Assembly: GCA_964016885.1 (NCBI GenBank)
Contig: OZ024740.1
Location: 416,826,001-416,890,000, forward strand
Source: Eledone cirrhosa
Taxonomy: Eukaryota
Length of the DNA stretch: 64,000 nucleotides
Direction of reading: 5' to 3'
Below are positions 55,901-64,000 of the stretch, in pieces. The notes under the pieces were generated by a model. It searched no databases, was not told the DNA's origin, and saw only the letters and a program-made list of their open reading frames with translations. The position numbers were made by a program, and so were the translations under genes. Within the stretch, counting starts at the first letter, position 1. Every line of letters begins with the position of its first letter.

Positions 55901-58900
55901 TAGTGTTGATACAGTATAGTTTGTTGTGATGTGTTGGTGGTGTTGGCACAGTATAGTTTGTTGTGATGTGGTGGTGGTGTTGGTAGAGTATAGTTTGTTG
56001 TGATGTGTTGGTAGTGTTGATACATTATAGTTTGTTGTGATGTGTTGGTGGTGTTGATACAGTATAGTTTGTTGTGATGTGTTGGTGGTGTTGGCACAGT
56101 ATAGTTTGTTGTGAGGTGTTGGTGGTGTTGTTACATTATAGTTTGTTGTGATGTGTTGGTGGTGTTGGTACAGTATAGTTTGTTGTGATGTGTTGGTGGT
56201 GTTGGCACAGTATAGTTTGGTGTGATGTGTTGATGGTGTTGGTAGAGTATAGTGTGTTGTGATGTGTTGGTGGTGTTGGCACAGTATAGTTTGTTGTGAT
56301 GTGTTGGTGGTGTTGGTACAGTATAGTTTGTTGTGATGTGTTGGTGGTGTTGGTAGAGTATAGTTTGTTGTGATGTGTTGGTGCCGTTGGCACAGTCTAG
56401 TTTGTTGTGATGTGTTGGTGGTGTTGGCACAGTATAGTCTGTTGTGATGTGTTGGTGGTGTTGGCACAGTATAGTCTGTTGTGATGTGTTGGTGGTGTTG
56501 GTAGAGTATAGTTTGTTGTGATGTGTTGGTAGTGTTGGTACAGTATAGTTTGTTGTGATGTGTTGGTGGTGTTGGTACAGTGTAGTTTGTGGTGATGTGT
56601 TGGTGGTGTTGGCACAGTATAGTTTGTTGTCATGTGTTGGTGGTGTTGGTAGAGTATAGTTTGTTGTGATGTGTTGGTGGTGTTGGTACATTATAGTTTG
56701 TTGTGATGTGTTGGTAGTGTTGATACAGTATAGTTTGTTGTGATGTGTTGGTGGTGTTGGCACAGTATAGTTTGTTGTGATGTGGTGGTGGTGTTGGTAG
56801 AGTATAGTTTGTTGTGATGTGTTGGTGGTGTTGGTAGAGTATAGTTTGTTATGATGTGTTGGTGGTGTTGGTAGAGTATAGTTTGTTGTGATGTGTTGGT
56901 GTTGTTGGTACAGTATAGTTTGTTGTGATGTGTTGGTGGTGTTCGTACAGTATAGTTTGTTGTGATGTGTTGATGGTGTTGTTAGAGTATAGTTTGTTGT
57001 GATGTGTTGATGGTGTTGGTAGAGTATAGTTTGTTGTGATATGTTGGTGGTGTTGGCACAGTATAGTTTGTTGTGATGTGTTGGTGGTGTTGGCACAGCA
57101 TAGTTTGTTGTGATGTGTTGGTGGTGTTGTTACAGTATAGTTTGTTGCAATGTGTTGGTGGTGTTGGTACAGTATAGTTTGTTGTGAAGTGTTGGTGTTG
57201 TTGGTAAAGTATAGTTTGTTGAAATGTGTTGGTGGTGTTGGCACAGTATAGTTTGTTGTGATGTGTTGGTGGTGTTGGTACAGTATAGTTTGTTGTGATG
57301 TGTTGGTGGTGTTGGTACAGTATAGTTTATTGTGATGTGATGGTGGTGTTGGTACAGTATAATTTGTTGTGATGTGTTGGTTGTGTTGGTACAGTATAGT
57401 TTGTTGTGATGTGTTGGTGGTGTTGGTAGAGTACAGTTTATTTTGATGTGTTGGTGGTGTTGGCACAGTATAGTTTGTTGTGATGTGTTGGTGCTGTTGG
57501 TACAGTATAGTTTGTTGTGATGAGTTGGTGGTGTTGGTAGAGTATAGTTTGTTGTGATTTGTTGGTGGTGTTGGTAGAGTATAGTTTGTTGTGATGTGTT
57601 GGTGGTGTTGACACAGTATAGTTTGTTGTGATGTGTTGGTACAGTATAGTTTGTTGTGATGTGTTGGTGGTGTTGGGAGAGTATCGTTTGTTGTGATGTG
57701 TTGGTGGTGTTGGCACAGTATAGTTTGTTGTGATGTGTTGGTGGTGTTGGTAGAGTATAGTTTGTTGTGATGTGTTGGTGGTGTTGTCACAGTATAGTTT
57801 GTTGTGATGTGTTGGTGGTGTTGGTAGAGTATAGTTTGTTGTGATGTGTTGGTAGTGTTGGTACAGTATTGTTTGTTGTGATGTGTTGGTGGTGTTGGTA
57901 CAGTGTAGTTTGTGGTAATGTGTTGGTAGTGTTGATACAGTATAGTTTGTTGTGATGTGTTGGTGGTGTTGGCACAGTATAGTTTGTTGTGATGTGGTGG
58001 TGGTGTTGGTAGTGTATAGTTTGTTGTGATGTGTTGCTCGTGTTGATACATTATAGTTTGTTGTGATGTGTTGGTGGTGTTGGCACAGTATAGTTTGTTG
58101 TGATGTGGTGGTGGTGTTGGTAGAGTATAGTTTGTTGTGTTGTGTTGGTGGTGTTGGTAGAGTATAGTTTGTTATGATGTGTTGGTGGTGTTGGTACAGT
58201 ATAGTTTGTTGTGATGTGTTGGTGGTGTTGGGAGAGTATCGTTTGTTGTGATGTGTTGGTGGTGTTGGCACAGTATAGGTTGTTGTGATGTGTTGGTGGT
58301 GTTGGTAGAGTATAGTTTGTTGTGATGTGTTGGTGGTGTTGACACAGAATAGTTTGTTGTGATGTGTTGGTGGTGTTGGTAGAGTATAGTTTGTTGTGAT
58401 GTGTTGGTAGTGTTGGTACAGTATTGTTTGTTGTGATGTGTTGGTGGTGTTGGCACAGTGTAGTTTGTGGTGATGTGTTGGTAGTGTTGATACAGTATAG
58501 TTTGTTGTGATGTGTTGGTGGTGTTGGCACAGTATAGTTTGTTGTGATGAGGTGGTGGTGTTGGTAGAGTATAGTTTGTTGTGATGTGTTGGTAGTGTTG
58601 ATACATTATAGTTTGTTGTGATGTGTTGGTGGTGTTGATACAGTATAGTTTGTTGTGATGTGTTGGTGGTGTTGGTAGAGTATAGTTTGTTGTGATGTGT
58701 TGGTGGTGTTGGCACAGTATAGTTTGTTGTGAGGTGTTGGTGGTGTTGTTACATTATAGTTTGTTGTGATGTGTTGGTGGTGTTGGTACAGTATAGTTTG
58801 TTGTGATGTGTTGGTGGTGTTGGCACAGTATAGTTTGGTGTGATGTGTTGATGGTGTTGGTAGAGTATAGTGTGTTGTGATGTGTTGGTGGTGTTGGCAC

Positions 58901-61900
58901 AGTATAGTTTGTTGTGATGTGTTGGTGGTGTTGGTACAGTATAGTTTGTTGTGATGGGTTGGTGGTGTTGGTAGAGTATAGTGTGTTGTGATGTGTTGGT
59001 GGTGTTGGCACAGTATAGTTTGTTGTGATGTGTTGGTGGTGTTGGTACAGTATAGTTTGTTGTGATGTGTTGGTGGTGTTGGTAGAGTATAGTTTGTTGT
59101 GATGTGTTGGTGCCGTTGGCACAGTCTAGTTTGTTGTGATGTGTTGGTGGTGTTGGCACAGTGTAGTCTGTTGTGATGTGTTGGTGGTGTTGGCACAGTA
59201 TAGTCTGTTGTGATGTGTTGGTGGTGTTGGTAGAGTATAGTTTGTTGTGATGTGTTGGTAGTGTTGGTACAGTATAGTTTGTTGTGATGTGTTGGTGGTG
59301 TTGGTACAGTGTAGTTTGTGGTGATGTGTTGGTGATGTTGGCACAGTATAGTTTGTTGTCATGTGTTGGTGGTGTTGGTAGAGTATAGTTGGTTGTGATG
59401 TCTTGGTGGTGTTGGTATATTATAGTTTGTTGTGATGTGTTGGTAGTGTTGATACAGTATAGTTTGTTGTGATGTGGTGGTGGTGTTGGTAGAGTATAGT
59501 TTGTTGTGATGTGTTGGTGGTGTTGGTAGAGTATAGTTTGTTATGATGTGTTGGTGGTGTTGGTAGAGTATAGTTTGTTGTGATGTGTTGGTGTTGTTGG
59601 TACAGTATAGTTTGTTGTGATGTGTTGGTGGTGTTCGTACAGTATAGTTTGTTGTGATGTGTTGATGGTGTTGGTAGAGTATAGTTTGTTGTGATGTGTT
59701 GATGGTGTTGGTAGAGTATAGTTTGTTGTGATATGTTGGTGGTGTTGGCACAGTATAGTTTGTTGTGATGTGTTGGTGGTGTTGGCACAGCATAGTTTGT
59801 TGTGATGTGTTGGTGGTGTTGTTACAGTATAGTTTGTTGCAATGTGTTGGTGGTGTTGGTACAGTATAGTTTGTTGTGATGTGTTGGTGGTGTTGGTAAA
59901 GTATAGTTTGTTGTGATGAGGTGGTGGTGTTGGTAGAGTATAGTTTGTTGTGATGTGTTGGTAGTGTTGATACATTATAGTTTGTTGTGATGTGTTGGTG
60001 GTGTTGATACAGTATAGTTTGTTGTGATGTGTTGGTGGTGTTGGTAGAGTATAGTTTGTTGTGATGTGTTGGTGGTGTTGGCACAGTATAGTTTGTTGTG
60101 AGGTGTTGGTGGTGTTGTTACATTATAGTTTGTTGTGATGTGTTGGTGGTGTTGGTACAGTATAGTTTGTTGTGATGTGTTGGTGGTGTTGGCACAGTAT
60201 AGTTTGGTGTGATGTGTTGATGGTGTTGGTAGAGTATAGTGTGTTGTGATGTGTTGGTGGTGTTGGCACAGTATAGTTTGTTGTGATGTGTTGGTGGTGT
60301 TGGTACAGTATAGTTTGTTGTGATGGGTTGGTGGTGTTGGTAGAGTATAGTGTGTTGTGATGTGTTGGTGGTGTTGGCACAGTATAGTTTGTTGTGATGT
60401 GTTGGTGGTGTTGGTACAGTATAGTTTGTTGTGATGTGTTGGTGGTGTTGGTAGAGTATAGTTTGTTGTGATGTGTTGGTGCCGTTGGCACAGTCTAGTT
60501 TGTTGTGATGTGTTGGTGGTGTTGGCACAGTGTAGTCTGTTGTGATGTGTTGGTGGTGTTGGCACAGTATAGTCTGTTGTGATGTGTTGGTGGTGTTGGT
60601 AGAGTATAGTTTGTTGTGATGTGTTGGTAGTGTTGGTACAGTATAGTTTGTTGTGATGTGTTGGTGGTGTTGGTACAGTGTAGTTTGTGGTGATGTGTTG
60701 GTGATGTTGGCACAGTATAGTTTGTTGTCATGTGTTGGTGGTGTTGGTAGAGTATAGTTGGTTGTGATGTCTTGGTGGTGTTGGTATATTATAGTTTGTT
60801 GTGATGTGTTGGTAGTGTTGATACAGTATAGTTTGTTGTGATGTGGTGGTGGTGTTGGTAGAGTATAGTTTGTTGTGATGTGTTGGTGGTGTTGGTAGAG
60901 TATAGTTTGTTATGATGTGTTGGTGGTGTTGGTAGAGTATAGTTTGTTGTGATGTGTTGGTGTTGTTGGTACAGTATAGATTGTTGTGATGTGTTGGTGG
61001 TGTTCGTACAGTATAGTTTGTTGTGATGTGTTGATGGTGTTGGTAGAGTATAGTTTGTTGTGATGTGTTGATGGTGTTGGTAGAGTATAGTTTGTTGTGA
61101 TATGTTGGTGGTGTTGGCACAGTATAGTTTGTTGTGATGTGTTGGTGGTGTTGGCACAGCATAGTTTGTTGTGATGTGTTGGTGGTGTTGTTACAGTATA
61201 GTTTGTTGCAATGTGTTGGTGGTGTTGGTACAGTATAGTTTGTTGTGATGTGTTGGTGGTGTTGGTAAAGTATAGTTTGTTGAAATGTGTTGGTGGTGTT
61301 GGCACAGTATAGTTTGTTGTGATGTGTTGGTGGTGTTGGTACAGTGTAGTTTGTGGTGATGTGTTGGTGGTGTTGGCACAGTATAGTTTGTTGTCATGTG
61401 TTGGTGGTGTTGGTAGAGTATAGTTTGTTGTGATGTGTTGGTGGTGTTGGTACATTATAGTTTGTTGTGATGTGTTGGTAGTGTTGATACAGTATAGTTT
61501 GTTGTGATGTGTTGGTGGTGTTGGCACAGTATAGTTTGTTGTGATGTGGTGGTGGTGTTGGTAGAGTATAGTTTGTTGTGATGTGTTGGTGGTGTTGGTA
61601 GAGTATAGTTTGTTATGATGTGTTGGTGGTGTTGGTAGAGTATAGTTTGTTGTGATGTGTTGGTGGTGTTGGTAGAGTATAGTTTGTTGTGATGTGTTGG
61701 TGTTGTTGGTACAGTATAGTTTGTTGTGATGTGTTGGTGGTGTTCGTACAGTATAGTTTGTTGTGATGTGTTGATGGTGTTGTTAGAGTATAGTTTGTTG
61801 TGATGTGTTGATGGTGTTGGTAGAGTATAGTTTGTTGTGATATGTTGGTGGTGTTGGCACAGTATAGTTTGTTGTGATGTGTTGGTGGTGTTGGCACAGC

Positions 61901-64000
61901 ATAGTTTGTTGTGATGTGTTGGTGGTGTTGTTACAGTATAGTTTGTTGCAATGTGTTGGTGGTGTTGGTACAGTATAGTTTGTTGTGATGTGTTGGTGGT
62001 GTTGGTAAAGTATAGTTTGTTGAAATGTGTTGGTGGTGTTGGCACAGTATAGTTTGTTGTGATGTGTTGGTGGTGTTGGTAGAGTATAGTTTGTTGTGAT
62101 GAGTTGGTGGTGTTGGCACAGTATAGTTTGTTGTGATGTGTTGGTGGTGTTGGTAGAGTATAGTTTGTTGTGATGTGTTGGTGTTGTTGGTACAGTATAG
62201 TTTGTTGTGATGTGTTGGTGGTGTTCGTACAGTATAGTTTGTTGTGATGTGTTGATGGTGTTGTTAGAGTATAGTTTGTTGTGATGTGTTGATGGTGTTG
62301 GTAGAGTATAGTTTGTTGTGATATGTTGGTGGTGTTGGCACAGTATAGTTTGTTGTGATGTGTTGGTGGTGTTGGCACAGCATAGTTTGTTGTGATGTGT
62401 TGGTGGTGTTGGCACAGTATAGTTTGTTGTGATGTGTTGGTGGTGTTGTTACAGTATAGTTTGTTGCGATGTGTTGGTGGTGTTGGTACAGTATAGTTTG
62501 TTGTGATGTGTTGGTGGTGTTGGTACAGTATAGTTTGTTGTGATGTGTTGGTGGTGTTGGTACAGTATAGTTTGTTGTGATGTGTTGGTGGTGTTGGTAC
62601 AGTATAGTTTATTGTGATGTGATGGTGGTGTTGGTACAGTATAATTTGTTGTGATGTGTTGGTTGTGTTGGTACAGTATAGTTTGTTGTGATGTGTTGGT
62701 GGTGTTGGTAGAGTACAGTATTATTTTGATGTGTTGGTGGTGTTGGCACAGTATAGTTTGTTGTGATGTGTTGGTGAAGTTGGTACAGTATAGTTTGTTG
62801 TGATGAGTTGGTGGTGTTGGTAGAGTATAGTTTGTTGTGATTTGTTGGTGGTGTTGGTAGAGTATAGTTTGTTGTGATGTGTTGGTGGTGTTGACACAGT
62901 ATAGTTTGTTGTGATGTGTTGGTGGTGTTGGTACAGTATAGTTTGTTGTGATGTGTTGGTGGTGTTGGGAGAGTATCGTTTGTTGTGATGTGTTGGTGGT
63001 GTTGGCACAGTATAGTTTGTTGTGATGTGTTGGTGGTGTTGGTAGAGTATAGTTTGTTGTGATGTGTTAGTGGTGTTGACACAGAATAGTTTGTTGTGAT
63101 GTGTTGGTGGTGTTGGTAGAGTATAGTTTGTTGTGATGTGTTGGTAGTGTTGGTACAGTATTGTTTGTTGTGATGTGTTGGTGGTGTTGGCACAGTGTAG
63201 TTTGTGGTGATGTGTTGGTAGTGTTGATACAGTATAGTTTGTTGTGATGTGTTGGTGGTGTTGGCACAGTATAGTTTGTTGTGATGTGGTGGTGGTGTTG
63301 GTAGAGTATAGTTTGTTGTGATGTGTTGGTAGTGTTGATACATTATAGTTTGTTGTGATGTGTTGGTGGTGTTGATACAGTATAGTTTGTTGTGATGTGT
63401 TGGTGGTGTTGGCACAGTATAGTTTGTTGTGAGGTGTTGGTGGTGTTGTTACATTATAGTTTGTTGTGATGTGTTGGTGGTGTTGGTACAGTATAGTTTG
63501 TTGTGATGTGTTGGTGGTGTTGGCACAGTATAGTTTGGTGTGATGTGTTGATGGTGTTGGTAGAGTATAGTGTGTTGTGATGTGTTGGTGGTGTTGGCAC
63601 AGTATAGTTTGTTGTGATGTGTTGGTGGTGTTGGTACAGTATAGTTTGTTGTGATGTGTTGGTGGTGTTGGTAGAGTATAGTTTGTTGTGATGTGTTGGT
63701 GCCGTTGGCACAGTCTAGTTTGTTGTGATGTGTTGGTGGTGTTGGCACAGTATAGTCTGTTGTGATGTGTTGGTGGTGTTGGCACAGTATAGTCTGTTGT
63801 GATGTGTTGGTGGTGTTGGTAGAGTATAGTTTGTTGTGATGTGTTGGTAGTGTTGGTACAGTATAGTTTGTTGTGATGTGTTGGTGGTGTTGGTACAGTG
63901 TAGTTTGTGGTGATGTGTTGGTGGTGTTGGCACAGTATAGTTTGTTGTCATGTGTTGGTGGTGTTGGTAGAGTATAGTTTGTTGTGATGTGTTGGTGGTG
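46952..64000. repeat. Large satellite, 37 bp GT-rich unit, more than 450 copies with higher-order repeats; continues past the window end
   Basis: Unit ggcacagtatagtttgttgtgatgtgttggtggtgtt. Identical translated blocks recur at fixed offsets. Confidence 0.98.

Noticed and set aside
46834-63951. Dozens of Thr/His/Pro-rich ORFs (PTPPTHHNKLY...) resembling a mucin
   Set aside because: They are translations of a 37 bp unit (not a multiple of 3) that cycles through all frames, with scattered stops. Satellite artefact.

Overview
AT-rich, repeat-dense animal genomic DNA; the repeat families (RTE LINEs with (GAT)n tails inserted in (TA)n, Nin-domain tRNA SINEs, Penelope elements) suggest an octopus or other cephalopod, which is an inference. 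Nearly all long ORFs in the track are repeat artefacts. Hidden among the repeats is a minus-strand host gene, of which 11 small GT-AG exons (46482 down to 14688) splice in frame to 287 aa of integrin-beta-type I-EGF repeats. The exons form a 5-exon cassette (87/38/70/82/110 nt = 129 aa, about I-EGF2-3-4) present in two full copies plus one extra exon, giving at least 7 EGF modules versus 4 in canonical integrin beta. The introns hold five large minisatellites (56, 72-74, 52, 49 and 37 bp units), at least two of them visibly derived from local transposons, and the 37-mer array has higher-order structure. Also present are RTE and CR1 LINE fragments, a GIY-YIG Penelope element with inverted pseudo-LTRs, MITEs, SINEs, many fold-back palindromes and several minimal hammerhead-ribozyme-like motifs.
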